Assembly: GCA_963786935.1 (NCBI GenBank)
Contig: CAWBAN010000004.1
Location: 32,001 to 96,000 of the forward strand
DNA: 64,000 nucleotides
Direction of reading: 5' to 3'
Source: an uncultured bacterium
GTDB taxonomy: Bacteria > Krumholzibacteriota > Krumholzibacteriia > Krumholzibacteriales > Krumholzibacteriaceae
The stretch's first letter is position 1. Every line of letters begins with the position of its first letter. The notes beneath the pieces were generated by a model. The model made no database searches and was not told where the DNA came from. It saw nothing but the letters and a program-made list of their open reading frames with translations. This document shows positions 30,771 to 40,871 of this stretch, in pieces. The position numbers were made by a program, and so were the translations under genes.

Positions 30771-32706
30771 GAATCGCTGGAACGACGGCCGGCCGCGCGG
30801 CGGCGGCGCATCGCCGGGCGGCGGCGTTTCGCCGGTCCGGGAGGTCCGGGGCGGCGCCGACATCCTCCTCGTCGGCCAGCCCAACGTCGGCAAGAGCGTG
30901 CTCTTCTCGCGGCTCACCGGCGTGCGCACCATCGCATCCAACTATCCCGGCACGACGGTCGGCTTCGCCGCGGGGCGCATGCGTTTCGGCGGCGGGAGCT
31001 ACGGCGTCGTCGACGCCCCGGGCACCTATTCGCTCGAGCCGCTCGACGACGCGGCGCGGGTGACGATCGATCTCATCGACGCCGCGGGGCTCGTTATCAA
31101 CGTGGTGGACGCCACGCACCTCGAGCGGCACCTCTCCCTCACGCTCGAGCTTCTCGCGCAGGGGAAGCCGATGGTCGTCGCGCTCAACATGAGCGACGAG
31201 ACGCGGCATCTCGGGATCGAGATCGACGTCGAACGGCTGGAAGAGCTTCTCGGCGTGCCGGTCGTGCCCACCGTCGCGAGGACCGGCGAGGGGATCGTGC
31301 GGCTGATCGGGGCCGCGCTGTCCCGGGGGATCGCGGAGCGCGGCTCGGGGGGCGCCGATCCGGCGCGCGACGAGAGCGGCCACCCCGCGCATCACCCGCA
31401 TCTGGCCCATCACCACGCGGGAGAGCGCGCGGACGGGCACGAGCATATCGCGGACGACAAGATCTGGAGCCGCGTGGGCGAGATCGTCGACGAGGTGCAG
31501 ACGCTCCGCCATCATCACCACACCGTCGCGCAGCGCTTCGAGGACGCGAGCGTGCACCCGTACCTCGGGGGCGTCATCGCGCTTCTCGTGCTCGCCGCCT
31601 CGCTCGCCGTCGTCCGGCTGATCGGCGAGCTCCTCGCGACCGGCGGCGTCGGGATCGCGGGGGAACCGTGGCTCAGGCTCCCCTTCGGGATGGAGCCGCT
31701 CTTCGATGCGGCGTGGCGGCCCGCCGTGACGAGGATCTCCGCCTCGCTCGGGGGCGGCGGCTTCATCCACCATCTCCTCATCGGGAACCTCATCGACGGG
31801 CGCATCGATTTCAAGCAGTCGTTCGGGCTTCTCACCACGGGGCTGTTCGTCCCCCTCGGCATGGTGCTCCCGTACATTTTCAGCTTCTACTTCGTGCTCT
31901 CGCTCCTCGAGGACACCGGCTATCTCCCGCGGCTCGCCGTGTTCCTCGACACCGGCATGCACCGCATCGGGCTCCACGGCTACGCGATCGTGCCGACGCT
32001 CCTCGGTCTCGGCTGCAACGTCCCCGGCATCATGGCGACGCGCATTCTCGAGAACAGGCGCCAGCGGTTCATCACGGCCACGCTCATCTCGATCGCCGTT
32101 CCCTGCGCGGCGCTCCAGGCGATGATCGTGGGGCTCGCGGGCTCGCGCGGGCTCTGGGTGATCGCGCTCGTCTACGGCATCCTTTTCGTCGTGTGGATCG
32201 TCATCGGGATGATTCTGAAATACGCCACGCGTGGCTTTCTCCCCGAGCTTCTCATCGAGATCCCGCCGTACCGCGTCCCGTCCGTCGGGGCGCTCGCCTC
32301 GAAGATGTGGATGCGGGTCGGCGGCTTCCTCGTCGAGGCGCTGCCGATCGTTCTCGCCGCGATCCTCGTGGTGAACGTTCTCTACGCGCTGAACGTGTTC
32401 CACTACGTCGCCGACGCGGGCGCGGGACTCGTGAACACGCTGTGGGGATTGCCGAAAGAGGCGATCGTGCCGCTGCTGCTCGGGATCCTGCGGAAGGAAA
32501 TGGGTGCTGGAATGTTCGCGCCGCTCGCGCTCACGACGAAGCAGCTCGTCTCGGGGTGCGTGATTCTCTCGATGTTCTTCCCGTGCGTGGCCACGCTCGT
32601 CGTGCTGCTGCGGGAGCTCGGGTGGCGGGACACCGTCAAGGCGACGGGAATCATGCTCGTCGCGGTCGTCGCGGCGGGCGCCGCGATCAATTTCATCTGG
32701 CCGTGA
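30763..32706 (+). CDS. feoB: Ferrous iron transport protein B with His-rich linker
   Basis: GQPNVGKS, NYPGTT, DAPG, NMSD, LEDTGYLPR, GLGCNVP, FFPCVAT. Confidence 0.95.
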   Translation: MAENRWNDGRPRGGGASPGGGVSPVREVRGGADILLVGQPNVGKSVLFSRLTGVRTIASNYPGTTVGFAAGRMRFGGGSYGVVDAPGTYSLEPLDDAARVTIDLIDAAGLVINVVDATHLERHLSLTLELLAQGKPMVVALNMSDETRHLGIEIDVERLEELLGVPVVPTVARTGEGIVRLIGAALSRGIAERGSGGADPARDESGHPAHHPHLAHHHAGERADGHEHIADDKIWSRVGEIVDEVQTLRHHHHTVAQRFEDASVHPYLGGVIALLVLAASLAVVRLIGELLATGGVGIAGEPWLRLPFGMEPLFDAAWRPAVTRISASLGGGGFIHHLLIGNLIDGRIDFKQSFGLLTTGLFVPLGMVLPYIFSFYFVLSLLEDTGYLPRLAVFLDTGMHRIGLHGYAIVPTLLGLGCNVPGIMATRILENRRQRFITATLISIAVPCAALQAMIVGLAGSRGLWVIALVYGILFVVWIVIGMILKYATRGFLPELLIEIPPYRVPSVGALASKMWMRVGGFLVEALPIVLAAILVVNVLYALNVFHYVADAGAGLVNTLWGLPKEAIVPLLLGILRKEMGAGMFAPLALTTKQLVSGCVILSMFFPCVATLVVLLRELGWRDTVKATGIMLVAVVAAGAAINFIWP

Positions 32707-32764
32707 CGGCCCGGCGTATCGCCCCGGCGCCGGCCGCTCGGCCGCGCCGGCGTCCGGCCTGTCG

Positions 32765-33346
32765 TTACTTCTCCGCCCGCCCCGCGAGGAAGGCCTGCTT
32801 GTTGATCTCGCCGGTGCCCTTCGGCGCCATCTTCTCGATCACCTGGAGCCACTTCGACTCCTCGAGGTCGAGGTCGTTGGAGAGCACGCCGAGGAGGATC
32901 GTGTTCACGAGCTTCGTGTTCCCGAGCTTCTTGCCGATCTCGAAGGCGTCGATGATGACGGTGTGCGGCACGCGGGCCTTGATCGACTCCTCGACCTTCT
33001 CGGGGTAGGAGAACTTGCCCGTCGTCGCGATGGGCGGGACGATTCTTTGCTCGTTGACGATGATGGTGCCGCCGGGCCTGAGATAGTGCACCCAGCGGAG
33101 CCCCTCGGCGACCTCGAAGGCGAGGACCACGTCGGCGGCGCCTTCTTCGATCAACGGCGAGTGGACCTTCTTCCCGAAGCGCACGTGGCTCGTCACGACG
33201 CCGCCGCGCTGGGACATCCCGTGGACCTCGCTCTTCTTCGCGTCGAGCCCCATGACCTTGGCGACCTGGCAGAGCATCTCGCTCGCGAGCAGCACGCCCT
33301 GCCCGCCCACTCCCACGATCAGTACATTCGTCGTGCCGTCTTTCAT
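32765..33346 (-). CDS. iorB: Indolepyruvate:ferredoxin oxidoreductase beta subunit
   Basis: GVGGQG, SEVHGMSQRGGVV.SHVRFG. Confidence 0.93.
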   Translation of the reverse strand: MKDGTTNVLIVGVGGQGVLLASEMLCQVAKVMGLDAKKSEVHGMSQRGGVVTSHVRFGKKVHSPLIEEGAADVVLAFEVAEGLRWVHYLRPGGTIIVNEQRIVPPIATTGKFSYPEKVEESIKARVPHTVIIDAFEIGKKLGNTKLVNTILLGVLSNDLDLEESKWLQVIEKMAPKGTGEINKQAFLAGRAEK

Positions 33347-33383
33347 TTCGTTCCTTCCTTGCATCGCGCGGCCGCGCCGCGCC

Positions 33384-35159
33384 TTACTTCGTCACTTCCT
33401 GAATTGCTTCCTCGGGGCAGACCTGCGCGCAGAGCGTGCAGCCCGTGCAGAGATCGAGATCGATCTGCGATTTCGCGCGCCCCTTCTCGTTCTTCTCGCT
33501 CGACGCGCTGATCGCCGGGCAGCCGATCCGGAAGCAGGCGCCGCACGCCGTGCACTTCTCGAGGACGACGTGGAATTTGTTCGCCGGCTTCAGCTTGCTC
33601 GGGAAGAGCACGCACGGCTTCGTCGTGATTACCACGGACGGCGCGTCGCGCTCGATCTCTTCCTTGAGAACGGCGAGCGTCTCCTTCTGGTCGAACGGGT
33701 CGACCGTGCGCACGTGCTCGACGCCGAGCGCTTTCACGAGCTCGACGAGATCGATCGCATGCGTCTTCTCTCCCATGAGCGTCTTCGACGTTCCGGGGTG
33801 ATCCTGCCCGCCCGTCATGGCGGTGATGCGGTTGTCGACGATGATCGTCACCTGCGTGCCGCGGTTGTACACGACGTTCGCGAGCCCCGTGATGCCGCTG
33901 TGGAGGAAGGTCGAGTCGCCGATGACGGCGACCGTTTTCTTTTTCGTCTTCTTCGCCTTCTCGATGCCGAAGGCGTGGTTGATAGAGGCGCCCATGCAGA
34001 GGCACGTGTCGATCGTCTCGAGCGGCGGGAGCGCGGCGAGCGTATAGCAGCCGATGTCTCCCGTTATGTTCACGCCGCACTTCTTGAGCGCCATCATGAG
34101 GCCGCGGTGCGGGCATCCGGGGCACAGCGCCGGGGGTCTCGGGAGCACGTTTTCCTGCGCCTGCTTCGGGAGCGCCGTGCTCTTCGGGAGCGCGCCCGCC
34201 GCGATGAAGCCATCGCGCACGCGCTCGACGTTGAGCTCCATGAAATTGGAGAAATATTTCTTGCCCTCGCAGGGGATGCCGGCGGCGAGGATCTGCTCTT
34301 CGTAGAAGGGCTCGAGCTCCTCGACGACGATGAGGCGATCGACCTTCGAGGCGAAGTCCCTGATCTTGTTCATCGGGAGCGGATAGCCCATGCCGAGCTT
34401 GAGGAAGCTCGCTCCGGGCAGGATCTCCTTCGCATACTGGTACGCGACGCTGCCGGAGACGATGCCGACCTTCGTGTCGCCCATCTCGACCTTGTTGAGC
34501 GGCGACGTCTCGGCGAATTTCTTGAGCGCCTCGAGGCGCTCGATGACGAGTTTGTGACGCACGCTCGCGAAGACGGGCATCATGACGTATTTGGCGATGT
34601 TCTTCTCGAAGCCGGCGTGCTCCGAGAGATGCCGCTCTCCCATTTTCACAAGCCCCTTCGAGTGCGAGATGCGCGTCGTCATGCGGAAGAGGACCGGCGT
34701 GTCGAACTTCTCGCTGATCTCGAAAGCGTCCTTAACCATGTCGAGCGATTCCTGGCTGTCGGCGGGCTCGAGCACGGGGATCGAGGCGAATTTGCCGTAG
34801 AACCGGTTGTCCTGCTCGTTCTGCGACGAGTGGAGGCTCGGATCGTCGGCGCTCACGAGGATGAGCCCGGCGCCCACGCCGGTGTACGCGAGCGTCATGA
34901 GCGGATCGGCCGCGACGTTGACGCCGACGTGCTTCATCGCGGCGATGGCGCGCGCGCCGCCCCAGCTCGCCCCGACCGCCACCTCGAGGGCCACCTTCTC
35001 GTTGATCGACCATTCGCAGTAGACGTCCGCTTTGCACTGCTTCGCGAGCGTCTCGAGGATCTCGGTGCTCGGCGTGCCCGGATACGCGGAGGCGAACTCT
35101 CCGCCGTGCTCGTACACGCCTCGCGCGAAGGCTTCGTTTCCGGATAACAGCATTTCCAT
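33384..35159 (-). CDS. iorA: Indolepyruvate:ferredoxin oxidoreductase alpha subunit
   Basis: LLSGNEA, YPGTPSTEI, NEKVALE, MKHVG.NVAAD, SSQNEQD, CPGCPH, GDIGCY, GDSTF.HSG and a C-terminal 2x[4Fe-4S] domain. Confidence 0.95.
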   Translation of the reverse strand: MEMLLSGNEAFARGVYEHGGEFASAYPGTPSTEILETLAKQCKADVYCEWSINEKVALEVAVGASWGGARAIAAMKHVGVNVAADPLMTLAYTGVGAGLILVSADDPSLHSSQNEQDNRFYGKFASIPVLEPADSQESLDMVKDAFEISEKFDTPVLFRMTTRISHSKGLVKMGERHLSEHAGFEKNIAKYVMMPVFASVRHKLVIERLEALKKFAETSPLNKVEMGDTKVGIVSGSVAYQYAKEILPGASFLKLGMGYPLPMNKIRDFASKVDRLIVVEELEPFYEEQILAAGIPCEGKKYFSNFMELNVERVRDGFIAAGALPKSTALPKQAQENVLPRPPALCPGCPHRGLMMALKKCGVNITGDIGCYTLAALPPLETIDTCLCMGASINHAFGIEKAKKTKKKTVAVIGDSTFLHSGITGLANVVYNRGTQVTIIVDNRITAMTGGQDHPGTSKTLMGEKTHAIDLVELVKALGVEHVRTVDPFDQKETLAVLKEEIERDAPSVVITTKPCVLFPSKLKPANKFHVVLEKCTACGACFRIGCPAISASSEKNEKGRAKSQIDLDLCTGCTLCAQVCPEEAIQEVTK

Positions 35160-35467
35160 AGAGAGGCTCCTCCTGGTGGGGGCGTTTTCCGAAGGTTGTG
35201 TTCGTCGAAAGTCGAAACTCTGCTTTCGGATACCTTAAAAGGAATGGCGGAAAAATTCAACTAAAAAGCGCCGCCGCCGCTGTGTCATTTCTCCACCCGC
35301 GCGTCTAACCATACAGGCATCAGAAACAACAAATCGTAAATCAATCTGTGCCCGCCGCGGGATCCGGGGTCATTCTCTTTCGGAGGGTCGATATGTTCTT
35401 CACATCGCACTCGAGGCGTCCTTCTCCTCTCTCTCTTCCTTCCTCATTCTTTCGATCACTGGGGCGT

Positions 35468-35532
<65 letters not shown>

Positions 35533-35535
35533 GGC

Positions 35536-35982
35536 TCAGTCGTACGAGAGGCGGGTCTTCTCGTCCGCCATCGTCGGGCGGGTTATCTCCTCCCACTCGG
35601 GGCCGCGCCACGTTCCCAGCTGCTCGTGGACCTTCAGATATTTCTCCGGGATGGGGTGGGTGCCGAGCACGACTTCGAGCCCGTACTTGGTCTTGATGTA
35701 GTCGCGGAAATAGCCGATCGAGCGGCACGGCGGGTAGCCGACGAGGAGCCCCGTGGCGAGATGTATCACGGTCGCGCCGTTGCGCTTCATCTCGTCGACG
35801 GTGTATTCGATGTTTCCGCCGGGACACCCCCCGCACGTCGTGAACCCGACGATCTCCACTTCCTGGTCCTTGTAGATGCTGAAGGCGCCCGCGCGCTCGC
35901 GGGCAGCCCTGAAGCATTTGCCCCCGGCGCACGAGCGGTAGCGGTCGCAGATAATAATGCCGATTTTCACCTTATCTTCCAT
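35536..35982 (-). CDS. CGGC domain protein
   Basis: IGIIIC...CAGGKCF...GFTTCGGCPG...IHLATG...C...V.GTH. Confidence 0.9.
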   Translation of the reverse strand: MEDKVKIGIIICDRYRSCAGGKCFRAARERAGAFSIYKDQEVEIVGFTTCGGCPGGNIEYTVDEMKRNGATVIHLATGLLVGYPPCRSIGYFRDYIKTKYGLEVVLGTHPIPEKYLKVHEQLGTWRGPEWEEITRPTMADEKTRLSYD

Positions 35983-35987
35983 GGTTC

Positions 35988-36497
35988 CTATTTCCGGTAC
36001 CACACGGTCCACCAGTCGGAGGAACCGAGGCCGCACGTGACGAAGAACGGGCCGTACCCTTCCGGGCGTTCCATCGCGGGCAGGTGCTCCGCGAGAGGCA
36101 TGGTCTGGAGGAATTTATGGATCTGCGTGCCCGCCTGCTCGGTCAGCTTGATCCTGAACTCGACCGAGTACGGCGGCCAGCAGGCCCCTTCGGCGACGTG
36201 CTTGAGCTCGGAGCGGCTGTAGACCTGGACGTTGCGCATCTCGAGCGCCTTCGCGAGATCGAGCGCGGCCTTCTTGTAGAGGGCGTATTCGGCGGGTTCG
36301 ACCGAGCTTACGCGGATCCACGCCGCGTCGGCGGGCGCCTCCGCCCCGGCGTTCATCCCCGTGCCGACGGTGATCGTTTCGATCGTGCAGCCGCCGACCT
36401 TTTCCGTTTGCTTCGATCCCGTAGCCTTGCCCTTGTTACAGCCGAGCGCGGCCGCGACGAGAGCGCATGCGAACAGCATCGGGAACAGGGTTCTCAT
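35988..36497 (-). CDS. Hypothetical lipoprotein
   Basis: Lipobox AALGC after a hydrophobic stretch. GGAAGG SD. Co-oriented with its neighbours. Confidence 0.65.
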   Translation of the reverse strand: MRTLFPMLFACALVAAALGCNKGKATGSKQTEKVGGCTIETITVGTGMNAGAEAPADAAWIRVSSVEPAEYALYKKAALDLAKALEMRNVQVYSRSELKHVAEGACWPPYSVEFRIKLTEQAGTQIHKFLQTMPLAEHLPAMERPEGYGPFFVTCGLGSSDWWTVWYRK

Positions 36498-36553
36498 TGC
36501 GCACCTTCCTTCTTCCGGTCCGCGGTCCGGCCCGCGCCGGGCCGCCGCCGCGC

Positions 36554-37237
36554 CTACTGCGATATCGGCTTGAGCCAGACCGTGAGGCCGAGCCTCACGT
36601 CGAGCGAGCGGAACCGGTCCTCGAGAGGCTTTCCGGCGCTATCCAACACGACGTCGGTGTTGACGTTCTCGAGAAACGGCGCCCTGAACTCTTTCGTCTG
36701 CAATCCCGCGTAGTACGAGCACTCGACGGCGATCTCGAGATTGCTCCTGACCGAAACGCCGAACCTCCCCGTGACGAGCCCCTCCGCGGCGCCGAGCTTG
36801 CCGCCGCCGGCGACGAGGTTTGTCTGGCCGTAGCCGATGCCCGCGCCGAGGGAGGGATGGAATCGCTCGCTTTCGATCAAGAAATTGCGCCGCGCGACGA
36901 GCGCGAAGGCGTAGTGCTTCATCTCGGACGGGAAGTACTCGTATTCGTTCTCGTAGTCGAACGAGGGGTAGAACATCGTGGCGAAGTGCAGCTCGAGCGA
37001 CCAGCGCTCTTCGAGAAGCGAATGCCCGATCGAGACGCCGAGCCCGTAACCGGCGCCGACCTTGTCCTGCTCCTGAACCGCGAGCTCGTCGTTCAGGTTC
37101 GTGAGGCTCGGAACGCTGGCGCCGCCGTCGAGATGCACGAAGAACCGCCCGCTCACGGCGCGGAGCGGCGAGCACAGGGCGAGGAGAAAAACGACCGCTA
37201 GAACGGCGCGCAGCATCGAAACGTTAGCCGGCTTCAT
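36554..37237 (-). CDS. Small outer-membrane beta-barrel protein (OmpA/OmpW-like transmembrane domain)
   Basis: Signal peptide. Amphipathic strands, PSLGAGIGY, terminal strand DVRLGLTVWL. Confidence 0.7.
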   Translation of the reverse strand: MKPANVSMLRAVLAVVFLLALCSPLRAVSGRFFVHLDGGASVPSLTNLNDELAVQEQDKVGAGYGLGVSIGHSLLEERWSLELHFATMFYPSFDYENEYEYFPSEMKHYAFALVARRNFLIESERFHPSLGAGIGYGQTNLVAGGGKLGAAEGLVTGRFGVSVRSNLEIAVECSYYAGLQTKEFRAPFLENVNTDVVLDSAGKPLEDRFRSLDVRLGLTVWLKPISQ

Positions 37238-37386
37238 GTGTTGAATTATAGGGCTGCATCCGGCGAAGTCCAGCGTTATAATCGTATGGCGGCGCACGTC
37301 CGCTCGCTCGATGGGCGCGCCGCGGGGCGCGCGTGATCGCGCCTGATCGCGACGTTGACATTCATCGCGGAAGTGAGGGTCATCGC

Positions 37387-38382
37387 ATGAGAATCGCTGT
37401 GAAAACGACGGTCGTGTGCGCGATGCTGGTGTTCGCGGGGCAGGCTGCCGCCGCGCAAGCGTCGGCGGCCGGGCAGGAGACGGCAGCCGCGCAGGATACC
37501 GCCGCGGCGGCCGATCTCGCGAAGCTGCTCCCGCCCGCGTCGACGATCGAGGGCTGGCGGACCGACGGCGAGCCGCTCGTCTACACGGGGGACAATCTCT
37601 GGGAGTACATCGACGGCGCGGCCGAGAATTTTCTCTCCTTCGATTTTCGGATGGTGCTCGCGCAGGATTACCTCTCGTCCGCGGAGCGCGGGCTCAAGGT
37701 CGAGATCTACGAGCACGGAAGCCCCCTCATGGCGTACGGCATCTACGCGCAGATGCGTAGCCCGGGGCTCGCGCGCCACGCGATCGGCGACGAGGCGTTC
37801 TCCGACGAATATTCGCTGCACTTCTGGAAGGACCGCTACTACGTGCGCGTCGGGATGTTCGAGGCGGGGGAGGATTCGGATGCGGCGCTGAAGCTTTTCG
37901 CCGGCGCGGTCGCGGCGGCGATTCCCGGGGGCGGCGGCGGGCTCCCGCCCGAGACTGAGGCGTTTCCCCGCGAGGGGCTCGGGTTGAACAACCTCCGGTA
38001 CATCACGGAGGGCGTGCTCGGACGCGAGAGCTTTCCGCCGGCGTTCGTCGGCACGTACCTGATCGATAACCAGGAGGCGAGGCTCTACCTCGCCACGCTC
38101 CGCGACAGCGCGGCGGCGCGCGACACCTTCGAGTGGTACACGGACGAGATGGAATCGTTCGTCGCGACCGCCGAGGGATCGCGCGGCGACTACATTCTCG
38201 GCGCCGGCAGGGATCCCCATCAGGGGGACGTGCTCGTGTTCACCTATGCGAAGTACCTCGGTGTTCTCGCCGGGCTCGCGAAGCCGGGGGATCGGGCCAC
38301 GGAGTTCGTGCAATCGGTCGTCGAGAGGCTCCACGCGGTCGAGGCCGCCATGAAGCGGATGCGTCCGGCCGGGCAACATTGA
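37387..38382 (+). CDS. Exported DUF6599-like protein
   Basis: Signal peptide. Y..DNLWEYIDGAAE.FL.FDF, VEIYE, AYGIY, FWK.RYYV. Confidence 0.7.
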   Translation: MRIAVKTTVVCAMLVFAGQAAAAQASAAGQETAAAQDTAAAADLAKLLPPASTIEGWRTDGEPLVYTGDNLWEYIDGAAENFLSFDFRMVLAQDYLSSAERGLKVEIYEHGSPLMAYGIYAQMRSPGLARHAIGDEAFSDEYSLHFWKDRYYVRVGMFEAGEDSDAALKLFAGAVAAAIPGGGGGLPPETEAFPREGLGLNNLRYITEGVLGRESFPPAFVGTYLIDNQEARLYLATLRDSAAARDTFEWYTDEMESFVATAEGSRGDYILGAGRDPHQGDVLVFTYAKYLGVLAGLAKPGDRATEFVQSVVERLHAVEAAMKRMRPAGQH

Positions 38383-38408
38383 AGAATTCGGGTTGAATCG
38401 GGGCCGAA

Positions 38409-39416
38409 TCAAACGACGCGCTTCGCCGCTTCCTTCATCATGTCGGGGATCGGGAGCCCGTAGGGGCATTTCTCGAGGCATTCGCCGCACTCCGAGCAAT
38501 CCGCGAACTTCTTCGGCAGCGCCGAGAGCCGGGCGAGCGCCCAGTCCGTGAGCTCGTAGCGCGTGTAGTAGCCGTCGATGAGGAAGAGGAACGGGATGTT
38601 GAGGCCGTTCGGGCAGGGCAGGCAGTAGCCGCAGCGGCGGCAGAACTTGTTTCCCCAGAGCTTCCGCTCCTCCTCGAGCGCGGCGAGATCGCCGGCCGCG
38701 AGCGGGGCGGCCGTCTCGCCGGCCGCGGCGTTCTCCTCGACCTGCTCCACGGCGTCCATGCCGGGAATGACGACGTCCATGCCGCGCGCGATCTCGAACC
38801 GCAGCGCGAGCGCGCGGTTCCGGAGCGCCCCTCCGGCGAGCGGCTTCATGCATATCGTGCCGACGCCGGCGGCTTTCGCCGCGGGGATGACGTCCTCCTC
38901 CCATTCCGTCTCGATCGGGTTGAACGGGAACTGCGCCGTGTCGAAGAGCCCGGTCCCGATCGCCCGGAGCATGATCTCGCGCGAGTGGCCGGTGATCCCG
39001 ATCCAGCGCACCTTCCCCGCCGCGCGCGCCGCCGCGGCGGCTTCGTAGGCGCCGCCGGGCCCGAGCACGCGCTCGAGATCGGCGGCCGTGCCGATGGAGT
39101 GGAGCTGGTAGAGGTCGATCGTGTCCGCGCGGAAGTTGCGGAGGCTCGTCTCGATGTCGGCGGCGAATTCGGGCGCGGTGCGGGCGAGCGATTTCGTCGA
39201 GAGATAGACGCGGGCGCGCTCGCCGGCAAGCGCGCGGCCGATCTTCTCCTCGCTGTCCGTGTAGGCGCGGGCGCTGTCGAAGAAGTTGATGCCCCGCGCG
39301 ACCGCCGCCTTGAGGATGCGCTCCGCCTCGTCGAACGAAACCCCCTGAATCGGGATCCCGCCGAATCCGACGGCCGAAACCGTCATGTCCGTTCTGCCGA
39401 GCGTCCGTTTCCGCAT
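38409..39416 (-). CDS. Aldo/keto reductase with C-terminal 4Fe-4S dicluster domain
   Basis: GFGGIPI, FFDSARAYTDSEEKIG, IDLYQLH, MKPLAGG, CRRCGYCLPCP, CSECGECLEKCP. Confidence 0.93.
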   Translation of the reverse strand: MRKRTLGRTDMTVSAVGFGGIPIQGVSFDEAERILKAAVARGINFFDSARAYTDSEEKIGRALAGERARVYLSTKSLARTAPEFAADIETSLRNFRADTIDLYQLHSIGTAADLERVLGPGGAYEAAAAARAAGKVRWIGITGHSREIMLRAIGTGLFDTAQFPFNPIETEWEEDVIPAAKAAGVGTICMKPLAGGALRNRALALRFEIARGMDVVIPGMDAVEQVEENAAAGETAAPLAAGDLAALEEERKLWGNKFCRRCGYCLPCPNGLNIPFLFLIDGYYTRYELTDWALARLSALPKKFADCSECGECLEKCPYGLPIPDMMKEAAKRVV

Positions 39417-39486
39417 GGGGTGAAATCTAACAGGTTGCCGCCGCGAGCGCAAGGCGGCGGGACGATCGGCCGGGACACCGGCGCGA

Positions 39487-40626
39487 TTACGCGCGCCCCC
39501 GGGAGGCGGCGCGGCCGAGCGCCTGCTCGTACACGGTCTCCGTGGCCCGGATCATCTTTTCGGCGGGGAACCGTTCGTGGACCATCGCGCGTCCGGCGAG
39601 CGCGAGCCGCTGCGCCTTCGCCGGATCCTGCAGGAGCTCGACGATGCGCTTGGCGAGAAACTCCGCCGAGCCCTTCGGCACGAGGTAGCCGGTCTTGCCG
39701 CTCTCGATCACTTCGGGGATCCCCCCGACCTCCGTGGAAATGACCGGCACGCCGGAGGCGAGCGCCTCGAGGAGCGTCAGCGGCATGCCCTCCGAGTCCG
39801 ACGAAAGGCAAAAGATGTCGATCGCGCCGTAGAAGTGGTCGATCGACTGCGTTTCCTTGACGAGCGAGACGTACTCGCTCACGCCCATGTCCGCCGCGTA
39901 CGCGGCGAGGCTCTCGCGCAGCTCCCCCTCGCCGATGATCGCGAGGTGAACCTCCCCCGCCTCCTGCCGCGCGCGGGCCAGCGCCTCGATGAGCAGCTTG
40001 TGGTTCTTGACGGGAACCATACGCCCGACGGTGCCGATGAGCTTGGCGCCGGGGAGCAGCTTGAAGCGCGCCCTGCATTCGGCGCGGGGCGGGAGCTTCT
40101 CGTAGTCCTGCAGGCGGATGCCGTTCGGGATCTCGAGGAACATGTCGGCGAGAGCGGGAAACGCCTCCGCGTACGACCGCCGGACGAGCTCGGAAACGCA
40201 GATGATCCTGCTCGCGCGCTTCGTGAACCGCGGGTAGAGCCACCGGTAGAGCGCGGGCATCGTCTCGGGGAGGTACGGGTTGTGCTCGGTGCGGACGATC
40301 GGCGCGCCCGAGCCGCTCACGATGTGCGCGAGCGTTCCCCAGAACATGCCCGGCGAATTGTGCAGATGGACGAGATCGATCTTCTCCCGGCGGATGAGAT
40401 TCGCGAGCTTCGTCACCGCGGTGACGTCGCCGCGCCGCTTCTTGCCGAGGAGGAACACGCGCGAACCGGTGTTCGACAGCCGGTCGATCATGTCGCCGCC
40501 CCCCGTGATCGAGCAGACGAGATACTCGAAGCGGCGGCGGTCCGAGCCGAGCAGCTGCGTCTCGATGATGCGCTCGGCGCCGCCCCGGTACAGCGAATAG
40601 ATGACGTGCAGGATCCGGTGTCTCAT
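39487..40626 (-). CDS. Glycosyltransferase family 4
   Basis: GGAER, IPNGI, VGRM...KNH, SEGMPLTLLEA.ASG.PVI.T.VGG. Confidence 0.92.
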   Translation of the reverse strand: MRHRILHVIYSLYRGGAERIIETQLLGSDRRRFEYLVCSITGGGDMIDRLSNTGSRVFLLGKKRRGDVTAVTKLANLIRREKIDLVHLHNSPGMFWGTLAHIVSGSGAPIVRTEHNPYLPETMPALYRWLYPRFTKRASRIICVSELVRRSYAEAFPALADMFLEIPNGIRLQDYEKLPPRAECRARFKLLPGAKLIGTVGRMVPVKNHKLLIEALARARQEAGEVHLAIIGEGELRESLAAYAADMGVSEYVSLVKETQSIDHFYGAIDIFCLSSDSEGMPLTLLEALASGVPVISTEVGGIPEVIESGKTGYLVPKGSAEFLAKRIVELLQDPAKAQRLALAGRAMVHERFPAEKMIRATETVYEQALGRAASRGRA

Positions 40627-40871
40627 TGCGATCTCCATCCCCCGTGGCGCGAAAAACCAAGAGATTGGAGATAGATACCATACTCGCGGGGCCATTTCAA
40701 CGAAATCCGGCACGTCGTGTCGCGCCCGCCAATCCGGTGCCGGGCGCCGGGCGCGGCAATCCGGCACCGGGCGCGCTCCTGGCTCCCGTGCGCCGCGGGG
40801 CGGTCCTTTTCCCTTTTGCGCCGCGCGGCCGCGGGAGTACAATGCGCGGCAGGAGGCGTCCCGTGGATCGA

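Noticed and set aside
40720..40780. Short direct/inverted repeat CAATCCGG(TG/CA)CCGGGCGC between the GT4 gene and pyk
   Set aside because: Very GC-rich with two copies only, and not seen elsewhere in the window, so insufficient for a REP or operator call.
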